Position numbers and translations under genes: made by a program. Below are positions 11,649 to 27,220 of a DNA stretch of 64,000 bases, piece after piece. Each line of letters begins with the position of its first letter. Within the stretch, counting starts at the first letter, position 1. The notes beneath the pieces are model-generated. The model was not told the DNA's origin. It saw only the letters and a list, made by a program, of their open reading frames with translations, and searched no databases. This DNA is from Octopus sinensis (taxonomy: Eukaryota). The DNA is taken from assembly GCF_006345805.1 (NCBI RefSeq), contig NC_043003.1, forward strand, positions 34,906,001 to 34,970,000, written 5' to 3'.

Positions 11649-12197
11649 TATCTGTATGTAGATATGTATGAACATATATCTATGTAGATATGCGTGTATA
11701 TATGTATATACATATGTGTGTGTTTGTGTATGACTGTATGCATGTATGTATCTGTGTATGTATTTGTGCGACTGTGTGTGTGAATGTTTCTGAATGTAAA
11801 GTGGTGGACGTAGAGATCTGAAGGTGCTGTATGAGAGGACGGTGGTAAATCGGATAGTCGAAAGAAAAATCAAGAAAATCCTTGAAATAAGAGGGAAGAG
11901 AAAAAAATAATAAAGACGCAAGGAAGAATAAATAAACAAATGAAGATGGAGGAGAGTTTAATAAATGTAATGAAAGATTTCGAAGATAGCTTGAACAAAT
12001 GTGATGGAGACTAAGGTGTAGCTATGGTGATGCTTGTAGAAAATATAAGAGGCTAAATGAGATAGGTAGATAGATGGATAGGAAGATAGATGTACAGATA
12101 GGCAGATTGAGAGATGGGAAAATGCATGCACACATACATATGCACATATTATAAAGAGATGTATTCTTATTAAGTAAATGTACATGCATATTTCCAC

Positions 12198-12238
<41 letters not shown>

Positions 12239-12314
12239 AATATATATATATATATATATACATAGATATATCTATACATATAAATATATGTATATATATA
12301 AAATATATGCACAT

Positions 12315-12351
<37 letters not shown>

Positions 12352-13250
12352 CATATATATATGCATATATATATAAGCATATGCATATTGATACGGATAT
12401 GTACACTGATTTATGCATACAGAGATGAAGACCTGCATACATACATAGACATTGACAAACTTAGATGCAGGCAGGAACATTATGACGAGAATGTAAGGAA
12501 TATTTTTATTGGTGAGTTAAGTGTAGATGTGATGAGGATAGGAAATGAAGTGGTTAAAATAGTGTGGGGAGATGCAATTAGAGAGAGTGAGGGGGGAAAT
12601 GAACTGAAACAGATGACAAGAGAAGAGAAATCATTTGTATAATGAAAGGAGATAAGAGAGAGAGAGAGAGAGAGAGGGAGGGAGAGAGAGAGAGAGAGGC
12701 GCCACTGATTTGAAAGAATGATGTCCATGAAGAGTAAGCTGTATTGATGAGGATAGCTTAATATATGCTAAGCTGAGGTGAGAAAATGGAAGACAGATAG
12801 ATTGATAGGATGCATTGTGAGTGAGGGGATATTAGATAGATGGATAGTCTGAGTGAGTTAGATATATAGGTAAAACGAAGAGTGAGTTAGATAGTTTGAG
12901 AGAGAGACTAACTTCAATGAAGTGAAATAAAAAGTATATAAGTTAAATTGATTTACTGATGCAAAGGAGAAGGGTAAGTGAAATATAGTATGGGTTATAA
13001 TGATAAATTAACAATTTTGGAATTTAGGAGAAGGCATACGTGAACAGGTAGAAATCTGAAGAAGACGAAAAAGAATGGACGGAAAAGAAAGTTGTCGGTT
13101 GAGAAACAGAAATTAGAATGTTGATTCAGGTGTAGAAGAAATGAAATAACGTTGAGAGAAAAACGAAAGAGAAGTGGAGATGGAGAATAAACAAAAGAAA
13201 TGCCCGTACTCATTCGGAAAAAATGATGGATGAAAACAATGAGTGGAAGA

Positions 13251-13625
<375 letters not shown>

Positions 13626-14096
13626 ATAAGCGCATTGTGTATCTGTCTGTGTGTCTGTGCGTTTGGTTTCGACTGTGTACGTGTGTGCCTGAATAAATCA
13701 GTTTATGATGAACACAGAAAGAAAGAGAAGTGTACGAAATGAGAGACAAGATAGAAAAAAATATAGATGAAACATATGAGCGTATATGCTGATGAACAGT
13801 CGATGAAGAGTGATAGAGTGTATAATGATACACATCAGAATAAAATGGACGAAGCAAAGGCATCAGTAATTTTAAATTGCGAGCGAATAGAGCATGACAA
13901 AATCTTGTTTTAAAGAAATAAATGGATCTACCATTGGCTTCAGTGACGACTATTCAAGTTGGTGTCAATCAACACAGCTACTTATTCATTGTAGGATCAT
14001 CCAAAGCACTCAGTATTCCGGTGATACATTCACTATTGAAATAATCCTCAAACTGAATTAGTGTGTATTACAAATGTGGTCCCTTAAAATATATTA

Positions 14097-14250
14097 GTTT
14101 CAAATTTTTACACAAGGCCAGAAATTTCGGGGTAGGGGTAAGTCGACAACATCGACCCAGGTGCTTATTGGTACTTGTTTTATCGCCTCCGGGAGGATGA
14201 AAGGCACAGTCTACCTTGGTGGACTTAGATCTTAGAATATAAACACGTAT
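14097..14250 (-). mobile_element. SINE family B 3' portion, tail type 2
   Basis: CACAAGGCCAG...AAGTCGAC..CATCGACCC...TGGTACTT...GGATGAAAGGCA is the reverse complement of the family B core and tail. Confidence 0.8.
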
Positions 14251-14523
14251 GAAATCAATATATTACCTAGCTATAAAAGCGTTATTAACGTCCAATAAAC
14301 GCAATGTCGACATAGGCACAAAAAATAACCCCAGGCTTCCATTGTTCAAAGGATCATGTTTTACATATTTGTATTTATTGAAATAAAACGTAAAATGAAA
14401 ATTTCTATATAATTTTGCTATGATATACAGATATAGTGTAAACACTTTTGCAAATATTCTCAATTTCAAAGAAACAATTTGTCATTTTTTAAATGAAAAC
14501 AGTTGAATAGAGTCATTAGAAAA

Positions 14524-14769
14524 GGCGCAGGAATGGCTGTGTGGTAAGTAGCTTGTTTACCAACCACATGGTTCCGGGTTCAGTCCCACTGCGTGGCACC
14601 TTGCGCAAGTGTCTTCTACTATAGCCTCGTGTCGACCAAAGCCTTGTGAGTGGATTTGGTAGACGGAAACTGAAAGAAGCCCGTCATATAGATGTATATA
14701 TATGTATGTGCGTGTATGTTTGTGTGTCTGTGTTTGTCCCCTAGCATTGCTTGACAACCGATGATGGTG
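14524..14769 (+). mobile_element. SINE family A (tRNA-derived, possibly octopus OK-type), 3'-truncated
   Basis: A-box TGGCTGTGTGG, B-box GGTTCAGTCCC, CORE-like GGCACCTTGCGCAAGTGTCTT, then GGATTTGGTAGACGGAAACTGAAAGAAGCCCGTC. Confidence 0.9.
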
Positions 14770-14805
<36 letters not shown>

Positions 14806-15041
14806 AAAGAATGTAAAAGCAATACAGTGTGCGGGGAGAGACGAAAAGTTTAAAATGAAATAACAGAGGAAAGGAAATAAGTGAAGTGTGTAGAAGATAG
14901 AAAAGACAAATAAGGAAGGAGTAGATGTTGGAAAATAAAACAATTAGGATAAGAGTGGGCGAGGGGAGTTAACACGACGGAGGAAGAGAAAGACTTATAG
15001 GAACAGGGGAAGTAAAAAAAAGACGAGATGAAAAAGAGTGA

Positions 15042-15077
<36 letters not shown>

Positions 15078-15265
15078 GAGAGAGAGAGAGAGGACAGACA
15101 GAGAAGAGAGCTAGATGTTAAGAATTGCTGAGAATCTCACATAAGATTTTAAAGGACTCTAACTATCTCACGCCGAAATAAAATTAACTTTTATTAAATA
15201 GTAAAAGATGCGCACAAAGATTCTACAATGCTTACACATTGAAGCATACACACACACACACACAC

Positions 15266-15303
<38 letters not shown>

Positions 15304-16530
15304 ATATATTTATATACATATCTTTATGTTAACAAGCGAAAGCAAAAGCACGCATTTCAAGGTGCAGAGGTTACATCTACGGGGAAACACCTGACGATAT
15401 CTTCCATTGCTTCTCGGAGTTTCACAGACGTACATATGCGATAGACCAATATATAGAATACCGTCGATAAAACTATCCTGTATTTTGATGAATCTCGAAG
15501 CAGTAGGCTTATTCTAACTGAAGCGTTCCAACGATTTCCAGATGAGAAAGGAAGACTGCCAAATTGATTCTTTAGCATGTTTGAGTCTACATCAAAATAC
15601 AAGTGATCGTTACTGCGCCGTGTTATTTGTACTTATCAATAGAGTTAATGCTTATCTGAACTGCCGCAGAAATATATAATGTATGCATCTAAAATATATA
15701 ATATGATGTCTTCTAACAAGTATGTGCGTCATGTTGCTGTTATGAGCTGACTGCAATAACTTGATGACACTCAGTAAAATTTGCCTGTGATGTTGCCCAC
15801 TATAAAAGATTAAGTGCATTGATAGGTCGGACAGATTTTATTTTGTCGCATCTCACTAATATGGAATAACAACGCCAAACGAAAAATATTCCCAAATGAA
15901 AATTAATAATGAAAAAAAAATGTTCATTTGATGATGGTACTTTGATAACAGTCGAAAGATGGAATATTGAAAGAAAAGATGGAAGTTACAAAGTAAGTTA
16001 AATGACTTTATTAGTAAATAAACAATAAGTGTTAGGGATATAGAGATAGTGATGGGAAAAAAAGAGCCAAAACAAGATACGATTTGTGTGCCACGATAGT
16101 AGATATTTCTTTAATTAGAATTGATGTTGCAATAAAGTACAGATATCATTAGGGTTACTAAGTAAAAAAAAAATCAATGCCGGGGAAGAAAAGAAAGGAA
16201 GTGTACTGTAGCGATAAATAATGTAAACGAGAAAGTGTAATATAGAAAGTGTGACAAAATGTAAAATGAATAATGATGGTAAGAGATGCAAAGAATTTGT
16301 GAAAGAAATAGGCAATATACTGAGAGAAGGAAACAAAACCTCAAACAAAGAGAAAGTAATAGGGAAAAGAAATATTATGAGAATCAGAGCTGGACAGTCA
16401 ATTATGATTGATGGAACGAGGATAAGACACACATACAAGCAGGTAAGTAGCCATATTATCTTAAAAGATGAAATGAAATTATTCTCCATTAGGATCAGAG
16501 TTACAATGAAAATCACAGTTCACTGGTATA

Positions 16531-17272
16531 TGATGTTTCTCCTAAAATAGACTGAACTTATGAAACAGCGCACCAACCATCAGACGCAGTGTACTTGTAG
16601 CTGCAACGTTGTGCAGACGTGATTTTGATTGTCAGTCTGATAATATACATATCACGTTGTGATAATACACATATCATGTTGTGACCACTTACAGTGTTAT
16701 GGTAAATTCAACAAGGAAAATTTTAAAGAGCAAAGTGTTTGCATGAAATTCTGCTTCAAATTTGGAATTTCATTCACAGAGATTTTTCTTATGCAGCAAA
16801 AATTATATGGAGAATATTGTTAGAACATTTTTTTCCCACGGGGATAGGAGATCAATACAGAATATTACTTGAATGTTGGCAGTTTTGAAGTGTTCGAGAG
16901 AGACTGTGCAAATTAAGCGCCCTATTTTATAGATAAGCAAAACCTGGTTTACACACCACGATTACACAACTGCTCACTCTCCACTTTTTAACAGTGACAT
17001 TTTGATAAATCACAAGACGACACTTATCCTCCTATCCATACTGGGTGTTGCCTCACGAAGGGTCAACGATTTCAGAAATGAAACTACTCGAGAAAACATT
17101 GCTATGAAAATTGCGCTGTGGTCCTGAAAATACTCACGAGAACTTCTTTTAGAACAAGAAAAGCATCGGATGGGCTGTATAATTTTTGGTGATAAAATGT
17201 TTTGGAAGGGTCGATTTTCATTATATAGTCAGTAAATAAATAAAAAAATATGGCTCTTTTAAATAAATCTCG
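16531..17272 (+). mobile_element. Internally deleted, decayed mariner transposon
   Basis: Translates to EQSVCMKFCFKFGISFTEIFLMQQKLYGEYC (mariner N-terminus, ~16728) and TWFTHHDYTTAHS (WxxHHDNAPxH motif, ~16942). Degenerate TIR-like ends are TA|TGATGTTTCTCCTAAAA and CTTTTAAATAAATCTCG|TA. Confidence 0.75.
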
Positions 17273-18564
17273 TAGGTGCCCCTACTGATATCGGTTAACA
17301 CTTCAGGATCCCTCTTATCTTGCTACGCCATGGTAAGTAGAATTCGTTATTGTAAACAGGCGAAATGCAGCATAACTGGCAAGTTTATCATCAGTTAAAA
17401 GTATTGATTTAAATGTTTTACTTATAAAGAATCAATTGTTTGCTTTATTTTTCAAAACTGATCCAGCAAAAGGTACCCCAATATTAATAGCATAATATAC
17501 TAACAGTGCAAAACTTTTGGTATAATGTTTAGTGACAAAGAATGAGTATATTACCCATAGTATCGGGTAAATCAACGAGAATGCTATAAAACAAAGAAAG
17601 ACCACAAATTAAAATATAACAAGATGCAATATAAAATGTAGAGAAGCAATTAGTTGGAATGGCAATGGTAAGGGGCATGGTATTGGACTCCAGCAGGAAA
17701 CTAGTGATTGACCAACAACTTGGTATTATTGAACACTATAAGAACAAAACACGTAGATTGATCGATATATCATGTTGTCTAAGAGGGAAGCATATGAATC
17801 AAAGAAACGAAATGAATGTTTAAACACATAGAATATACCGAGACAAAGGTAGCAAGAATATGGGGGTAGGTAAATTTCCGTCCCTGCAGTAATAAGATAA
17901 TTATTTGAAAATATAAATAGCCATGGTCATGAAAGGCTGATAAGGAAGTTGAACAAAATTAGGTCATGACATAGATAGCATGAAAGATTGAAATAGGTAG
18001 AAATAACGTTGAAGGTTGTTGGTTGAAGTGCGTGTTAGAAAGACGGACAATGTATTAAATGTAGTGCAGTGTAACAAAGCAATTCGAGTGGCAGTTAAGT
18101 TTTGATAGATTTGGTCGTGATTGAAGTCAGGCCAGTGTGAATACATGCATGCTCATTTACACTCACAGAAATATTTACATCCGCACAAAAATTACTATGG
18201 ATGAAGACGTGTCCATAAATGCACTCATAGACTCACATTTATACACATATCTACGCATTGATACAAGCTGCTTTCATTGTAGAAGCAGAAATTATCGCTA
18301 TCCTCATCTTACTTTGTAAAGAGTCAGCGAGCCATTTACTCATTACGCTACTAATCTATAAACCGATAACCTGATCACCTAACCACGTCACCTAGCATAT
18401 TCAACACTTGAGGGACAAATAATTTTACTTCCTTATTTTTACTCCGCGTTTTAATGCTCGTGTTTTCTGTAATATACTAGAACTGCTTCGTTTCTGCAAT
18501 CTACAGAGTATCCTTTACACAGAAAACTTTGGAAAAAACTTTATGTTTTTTTTTCTTTTTGCCT

Positions 18565-19065
18565 TAAATTACCTCATGTGCCACGGTTACCCATGTCGTT
18601 TTGACAAATTTCCCCCCATCTGTTACGGTCAGCAGCACATTCCTCAAATTCTGAGGGCTTTATTCCAATATTCTTGATGTTAGTCTTCAGCTTATTCTTG
18701 TCTTTAAGAAGAATATTTCCTATATTTCACACTCTTGCTTTTGGTTTAACATATGTGAAAATATTCGGCAGTCTTTCATCATTCATCCTAACAACATAGC
18801 CAGACCATGTTAAATGAAATTGCATCAAGAAGACCTATACGCTTTTATAATTACATGTTCATGAAACAGCTCTTCATTGGAGTCTTTGTCCTTCCTTGTA
18901 AAATCACAGATATTTGTACGACATCATTTGTGGAAAGTATCAAGATGTGTTATATATTTTCTACATGGTGTGCACGATTCAGACCCACATCGAAATGCTG
19001 AGACGACAACTGCACGGTAAGGTCAAATGTTAGTTTTCACACTCAATCCTCTTTCGATCCATACC
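18565..19065 (-). mobile_element. RTE-clade LINE fossil (ORF C-terminus)
   Basis: Minus-strand translation gives VWIERGLSVKTNI*PYRAVVVSAFRCGSESCT...DKDSNEEL / LTWSGYVVRMNDERLPNIF / KLKTNIKNIGIKPSEFEECAADRNRW. These match the RTE motifs YGSETWT, LRWAGHVxRM and AADRxxW. Confidence 0.85.
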
Positions 19066-20028
19066 CTTGCTTATAGCTTTCCAAATGCAATACTAAGATT
19101 AGTGCACCTATTTACAATACGAAATTCATATACATTTGACAATGCTCGATCCCCGTTTAATTCCGAATAACTCATTGTGCATTTTAAGTGAATAATACTT
19201 CGCTTCGACAATTGAAGATGTACTCTGTGAAGCATGACAGTATGCAGTTGCTGCGAACACATACATGAGTGCACATTCATATACACATATTTATATGCAT
19301 TTTTAAGGAGCAATTATAGCACATTACAATACAGAATGGGGAACAAAATAAGATTAGAAAACACAAGTTGATAGCATAACCATCCTCTATAGAATTTCAA
19401 ACAAAGTTAGATTAACTATGGAAAGTTAATTGATTGCAAAATAGCATTCAGAACTCAACTCGGATACAGCAAGTATGGAGTAAACTATTAAACCAACCAG
19501 GATTTAACCGTTCAAATAATTCAAATCCGGCAATGAATGATGTTTTTCTCATTGGTTTGGAAATCATTCTCACGAAATCTTGCTATTTCTGTAATGCGTG
19601 CCCCTATTATCACTTCATTTACGAACGAATTTAAGGAAGTCTTTATTCATTAATGAACTTAATACCATTATTTTAATATAACCGTAAAACACAATTACAA
19701 TAATATGGAAAAAATTTCTTAGAAAACAAAGAAGTCATACACATGAAACAAGAAACATTTTCCCTGTAAATGTGTGTACGCAGACACACACTCACACACA
19801 CACACACACACGCACACACACATATTGAGGATGTGGGTTAGAGTCTCTATTGAAAGGGTTTTTAACCCAATATTTACTCGCTATTATTTCTAGTTTTATC
19901 TGCTCTGACATTCATTGTTGCAAAATAAACAAATGTAGAGAAAGAATTATGTATATACATATATACACACATACACACATACATACATACACACATACAT
20001 ACATATATACATATGCATATATATATGC

Positions 20029-20078
<50 letters not shown>

Positions 20079-23000
20079 CATGTATGTATATGTGTAGATA
20101 TGAATGAATAAATGAGTGTATATATGTAAGAGGGAATCACAGAAAAAAGTAATACATAGTATATACAGAACTCTTTACACTGAACTAGACTATTATAATA
20201 AAATCTATTTTAATCAGAAACTTCATAAATTGTGAATATTTTTCACACTTGCTCACTGTTTAGGAGATATAAGAAATGAATCAACATAACATGTATTCAT
20301 ATACGAAATCAAAAACGTTGACTATGATGTGGGCACTAACAATAGCAAAAAATATTTATTTATATATGTAACCTGACATTGTATGATGCAAGGTCACCTG
20401 ATCTTCATTTGATATGCATTCCGACATATTTCAACGAGAATATCAATTTATGAATTGAAATTTTTGCATAATGCAACAACAAAAAATAAAATGAAAATAA
20501 ATTGTAACGTATGATAGAAGGCTGCTTTTTACAATACCCGCCACAATCATCAACCGTCGATAACAGGTCAAGAAAACTTTTCATTATTGGCGACAAAAAG
20601 CTATTAGCACGGAACAACCTTTAAGATGGAGTCCCCGTGGAAAATTATATTTATTTTTACCTACATATACACGTCACAATAATCATTATTCTTATTATGA
20701 ACTTTGGCATGTGACAGCATCTCCTAAGAATTCAATAATTACTGATATATGCACACGTGCTTATGTCTTTAAGTGTATATTGGCGAAGGACGTAAACATC
20801 GGCGAAAAACTGGTTCTCCTTAAACAAGTAACAATTGTTTCTTCCTGCCATTCTTGTCGCCAGAAATGTAGGGAAGTAGTGACCTGTTGAGAACCTGTAA
20901 TCACCAAATGCTATTGTCCACAAATTAATTTGTTGACTGAAACATAATTCAGAAAAATTTCAAGTAAATACACCTTAGTCATCAATCACACATTTTTCTC
21001 TACTAGTTGCAGCAATTAACCAAAGGTGGATATTTTCGACTAACAAACCGATCCGCCTTGACAAAAAATATCAATAGCAATGAACACTCGAATTATCCAT
21101 TCCGTAAACCGTTGATGTTGTCGACTACCAAACATTTAGACGGTTCACTCAATAATTTCAAATATGACCGAACCAATCTAGATCGATCGAATAATCTCTG
21201 CTCATATAGGCATTTGTTCACATTCACTAGGTATATCCCTTTACATCTACAATGTCGATTAAAATTTGTATTACCTACATTAATTAACTCTATACCACAA
21301 TCACCAAAGCACGTAGCTCAGCGTAAATACAATTAAATAACTCACGACTAATTTACTGTAGTCACTTATCCTTAGCACAGCCCACCAAATCAGTTGCGCT
21401 AGCTAGAATCCTACCGGCTTCCCCATAATACGGAACACCACTTCTTCAACTAGATAAGTAATATTTCAGTAATTTGTAACGATATGTGTAAGCACTTTGT
21501 CTTCATTTCGTTATCGTTTGAAGCAGCCTCTAATCCGATCAAATATACGATCATAATTTCAGTAATTGGCTGGATCTACTCTCCTGTCTACCAACCACAT
21601 ATATCCATCATCAATTCCTCTATCCAGTCACTACGCAACAAACTGACTGCCAATTCAAATTCCCTTTCAAACTACTTTGCAACCAATCATCTTTCTAAAA
21701 TAACTTGGATGATAACAGATCAATGAGAGAGAACATATGTGTTCGCTCGATTTGCGAGAATTAGAAGCCAATGTCCCCAACATCCACACTGACCTTCTTC
21801 AAGATATGGAAGAATGCATTGGATTTACTAAATCGGAATACATTTTATCTGAAAGGAAAAGGGTGAAAAATATAGAATAGGTGTCTAAGTTTCGAACACT
21901 TTCGGTAGGACGTAGTTTGTTCTGCCAAAGTTTGAGTGATGCTAAACAACAAGAACGACACGCACAACAACAACATTAACAACGACAACGATGACAACAT
22001 CAATAACAAGCAAACAACAAGAACTACTATCAGCAACAGATCATGTGTCTTAAAAATAGGATATGCATATTGGATAATATTCCTAGATGCATTGCCTGAA
22101 ATAAAGACGGGATTATCACGGTTGGAATCATAGGTCTGCTATTTTACCCAGCTGGCATCCACATACTCAAGTAATTATCACGATCCCGATATTAGAACCG
22201 TGTAAGTATCGGCCCATTCTTCGGTCAAACAATCTGCCAACCATCTAATAAACCATCATACCACAACCAGCCAGTTGCCATTTATAGTAAAGGCAGTCAG
22301 CCAGTGAGCCAATTTGTAGACAACCAGCACTAAAGCGTTCAGCGACGGAGGGCGGATATAGCGTGACAGTTTCTAGTTCATTAGAGATGACGAGGCACTG
22401 CTTTTCTGCTTTTTTTTCTTTCTCTTTTCTAATTTGCAGTACTACTTTGTAAAAAGAAGCATTTTGAATATTGTAAGGCCGGCAACACAGCTTGATTAAA
22501 GTGGCTAGCTTTGTGATAAAATAAAGTTAGCGAACAAAACTTGCATATACATACACAACCATAAACAACATGGATACTCACACATGCACACACATTCACA
22601 TAAACATTCCCTCACATATACACGCATATAAAGATATAAAGTAACATTTAGAAACTCATGCATACATGGATACAGACAACAAAAAAAGTCAAGAGCACAT
22701 ACACATACGTTCCCCGGATTCAATAAGCACACCTATACAGACATTTACAGACGAGTAGGCAACATCAACCACATACAATATAAATTCATAATGATTTTTC
22801 GTTATTATATAATAATGTTACATGCACACACACACAAACATGTATATGCATTTAACATACATATTTTATTAAAAAATTTACAATAGAAACCACGATAAAA
22901 GCAATATCCCTAACACAAAGACTAAGCATCTAACCATATATATATACTCGTCTGTGCATATAACTACGTTACTCACAAACAATTACTAACACACACGTGG

Positions 23001-23320
23001 AAACACGCACTGACACTCACAGACATAGAAAAACACCCAATTAATAACACAAAACCAGATATGAAAATATACATACATAAATATAAATAGGAAAACATAA
23101 AAGACTAATTGGATTTAGCTACAGAATACGTGTAGATTTGTCTAATTTATTGAATACCAGAAGCATACATAATATATATCTTTGCATGCATATTCTTTCT
23201 TTATCCCTCACTCGTTCTCTCTCACTCTCCCTCTTTCTCTTTTTTTTTGTATATATATATATATACATCATTATATATATATATATGTACGCATGTATCT
23301 ATGTGTGTGTATATGTATAC

Positions 23321-23370
<50 letters not shown>

Positions 23371-23569
23371 TTATGTCTGTATGTGAATGTATGCACACAC
23401 ACACACACACTCATATATATATAAGCCTACTTATATATTTGCGTATATCCATATATATATATATATACATACATCGAGTGTACGAACATATACATATATG
23501 TATGTATTTATGGGAATACGTAATATATTTGTTTGAATATCTCGAGTTAGTATCGAGCAGATTATAACT

Positions 23570-23579
23570 CAGCAGTTGT

Positions 23580-23610
<31 letters not shown>

Positions 23611-23714
23611 TGGGCAGCAGCAGCAGCAGTAATAGTAGTGGTAGTAGTAGTAGTAGCAGCAGTAGTAGTAGGAGTAGTAGTAGCAGCAGCAGCATCAGCA
23701 GTAGTAGTAGTAGT

Positions 23715-23776
<62 letters not shown>

Positions 23777-23805
23777 CAGCAGCAGCCGCAGTAACAGCGA
23801 CGGCG
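23570..23805. repeat. (AGC)n/(AGT)n compound microsatellite
   Basis: Direct reading; source of poly-S/L/V ORFs. Confidence 0.95.
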
Positions 23806-24649
23806 AATAAATTGCTAATAAAATAGCCGACATTTCTTTGAAAAATCAGTACATGACGACATCACGGCTGCTTCAGTATATTTGTGTATTGTCCAGAGAT
23901 AAGTTGTAAATTTTAAGGTATATTTGATATTGTTTTAACAGGTGAACAATCAGATCTTAATCAGTCGTTCACTGGAATACGTGACTTCTGATGAATCTCC
24001 GTCAGTCAATGATGGCGCAGTCGTTAAACACACACACACACACACACAACGCATATTTACACTCACATACAGCAGTAGGTGAATAATGTTCTTAATGTTC
24101 TTTACATTTTTCCGATCATTTCTACTCTCCCTAGTCAAACCACTATTGGATGAATTTCAATGGGGTTAAGCTCGTTTTAAAGGAATAGTAACCCAGTACA
24201 TTTGGAGAAAATTTGTTTAAGACATAAATTGCGATGAAATATCCATGTGTGAATAATGGGAATGAGGCATAAACATATTCTTAGCAGTATAGATCTCTTA
24301 ACATTTTTGCTTTAGTTTCACTGAAATAAAAATCAGAATAAAATGAATGTAATTTGTTAAATGTCTTCAAACTTGGTGAAATAGAAAGAAATTATGACGC
24401 AACATTTTTGAAAATCAGCTAAGTGCTGAGTAATGCCTGATATCTGTCAATCATCATATCACAATAATTCTAAAGAAAATTGCCATGTTTTTTTTTTCTA
24501 ATCTCTGCCATAGAAGACTACTCTTGTATGTCTTACCAAAATTATTGAGGCACAAAAAAATTTTAAGGGTAAAAAAAGTGATCAAATCGGAAAGGGAATA
24601 CAACATAAATATATCTGTTATTTTAGAAAAAAAATATTGTGGTTCATTT

Positions 24650-25082
24650 GGGACATTTAAACGTAGGGAATCCAGTTGAATTTGAACGCATCTACATCCA
24701 CCCCAAGTTGGGCTCTCAGTACATTCGGAGGGATATAGAAGAGCTCTGGGCTCTTGAATCCCAACTTATTGCAGTATCTTGTATTTCGACTTTGATGGAA
24801 TTGTAGGAACTGTGCAATGAAGCCCTGTTCTTGTGTTAGTATAAGTTTCAGCATTAAAGTTTGGGACAACCCTTCCAGGATCTTCAAAGCGTTCTTGGGA
24901 GTAATACCTTAATAACTTGAGTTCTTCAGCCCTTCTTAGTAGTTAATTCGCTGCATTGTGACTATCATTTTGTGTAGCTTCGCTGGACTGCTTGGAGTTC
25001 CTCCATAAATTCTACACTGTGTGATGATCTTAGCCGGGAGTAATCGTCAAGACAGCTTAGAACAAATGTCCTCTAGGAACCG
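24650..25082 (-). mobile_element. CR1/L2-group LINE fossil (ORF2 C-terminus)
   Basis: Minus-strand pieces RTFVLSCLDDYSRLRSSHSVEFMEELQAVQRSYTK / KILEGL / YCNKLGFKSPELFYIPPNVLRAQLGVDVDAFKF match the LDYCSxxWSP...LExxQR...FKxxLD pattern. Confidence 0.8.
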
Positions 25083-25084
25083 TC

Positions 25085-25184
<100 letters not shown>

Positions 25185-25807
25185 TTTAGATGTTTCAGTC
25201 ACTGGCATTTGTTGTGTGGCTTTCCGATTGATCTCATTTAATTCAGCTATTGTTTTCTTGACACTTTCTCCTTTGTCTCGCTAGAATACTTTTAATCTGT
25301 TTATGAAATAAATTCTTTTACCATAGTTTAAGGTTTTTGAACAAACATTCACTTCTTAATCTTAATAAAGTTCGCATTTTGTTTCAATAATAATTATTTG
25401 TGGCAGCAAAACACGTTAACTGTAAATGGTGTTCACAAGTAAGGAATATCCGGGCGCGAAATTGGTGAATTTTTTAATTGAACCTGGAAACGCATAGGAC
25501 AAGAATTTGAAGTTTGGAAATATTGCAGCTGAAGATGCAATTACAATAAATATAGAAGAATACGTTTTTTAGTTTTGTTCATATGTACTCCATCTTTAGG
25601 GTCTAACTTCTCCTCCGAAGAATATTCTGTATGATACTTACTATATTAACTCTCTATAAAATATAATCAGGTAGATGAAAGGATGGAGTTGAAGAACTCG
25701 TAAATAAATAAAATGTAGACTTCGAAAATTAAAAAATGGCCGCTACATTACTCTTATGCTTTTCTAAACTGAACCGAAATACGATGTCATCCAATAGTGA
25801 TGTCTGA

Positions 25808-25917
25808 CAAGATTTCCTTTGACTTACCTAGTAACAGTCAAATAAGCACTGGTAGCCTAGCAAGATTTCCTTTGACTTAACCTAGTAACAGTCAAATAGG
25901 CACTGTTAGCCTAGCAA
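25808..25917. repeat. 53/54-bp tandem duplication with an internal hairpin
   Basis: CAAGATTTCCTTTGACTTA(A)CCTAGTAACAGTCAAATA(A/G)GCACTG(G/T)TAGCCTAG twice, at 25808 and 25861. Confidence 0.95.
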
Positions 25918-26404
25918 CTCATGAATTATAAGACGAATGGTGTGGTAGGTCTACGTTTATCCTCTGAGAAATGAAAATTTATCCTTACTAATTTTGAATC
26001 TATGTTGAAAATCCAACACATATGAGTTCTTGTTATCCAAAATCTTTACCCAGTATCCATGTATTTTATAAAGCTTGATCAACAAATTCCTTTCTCTAAA
26101 ATACATAACTTAAAATTTCTCTGCTTCAGACTCAGCATAAACACGTAGGTATAATATCTATTAGATATGAGAGGGTGTTAGAGGTGAAAGATGCCCTTTC
26201 AAATTTTAGCATCTAAATCAGATATTGTTCAAACACACTAGTCTACCCTGTTATATTTTCCCTACTCACCGAAAATATGTGTTTAAATTCAAAGTTCAAC
26301 TTCAGCCACACTATTTTTTTAAGCTTTAGTTTCTTGTCCTGTATATTTCCAGTTTCAGATGATTAAGAATATTACAATCTCAGTGCCTGCATTTTCTCTG
26401 GTAG

Positions 26405-26438
<34 letters not shown>

Positions 26439-26505
26439 ACACGCACACACACACACACTCACACACACACACACACACACACAACACACACACACACACA
26501 CAAAC

Positions 26506-26536
<31 letters not shown>

Positions 26537-26848
26537 GCACGCACACACAAACGCGCGCACACACACTCAGCTCATGATTCATTCTGTGAGTACTCAGCAT
26601 TTGGGGCGTCGTATGTTTCTCCAGCGTGGTGGCACACAAGACCAACCACACGGCATGATTTAATTCATCTCATTCTGTTATAGATGCATGCACTGCACAT
26701 GCATATGTTCATGCATTTATCAAGTTTGAAATCTGAATTTTTTGTTATCTACATTCTATTGACTGAACTTTGCATCTTTGTTAGAAACCAAGTGTTTCCT
26801 CTGAGGATGATTTCAAATATTTAATAATGGAAGAGAACATTCATACAT

Positions 26849-27220
26849 TATGTATGTATGTATGTATGTATGTATGTATGTATGTATGTATTTATGTATG
26901 TATGTATGTATGTATGTGTGTATGTGTGTATGTATGTATGTATGTACGTATGTACGTATATTTTATGTATGTATGTATGTATGTATGTACGTATGTATGT
27001 ATGTATGTATGTATGTATGCATGTATGCATAAATGTATTTATGTATATATATGTACATATGCATGCATGTATGTATGTATGTATGTATATATGTACGTAT
27101 GTACGTACGTACGTACGTATGTATGTATGTATGTATGTATGTATGTATGTATGTATGTATGTTTTATGTATGTATGTATGTATGTATGTATGTATGTATG
27201 CATATATGTATGTATATGTG
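26849..27220. repeat. (TATG)n microsatellite
   Basis: Direct reading; source of the MYVC ORFs. Confidence 0.95.

Noticed and set aside
17696-17725. miR-7-like GGAAACTAGTGATT
   Set aside because: The seed is disrupted, the 3' half does not match, and there is no convincing precursor hairpin.
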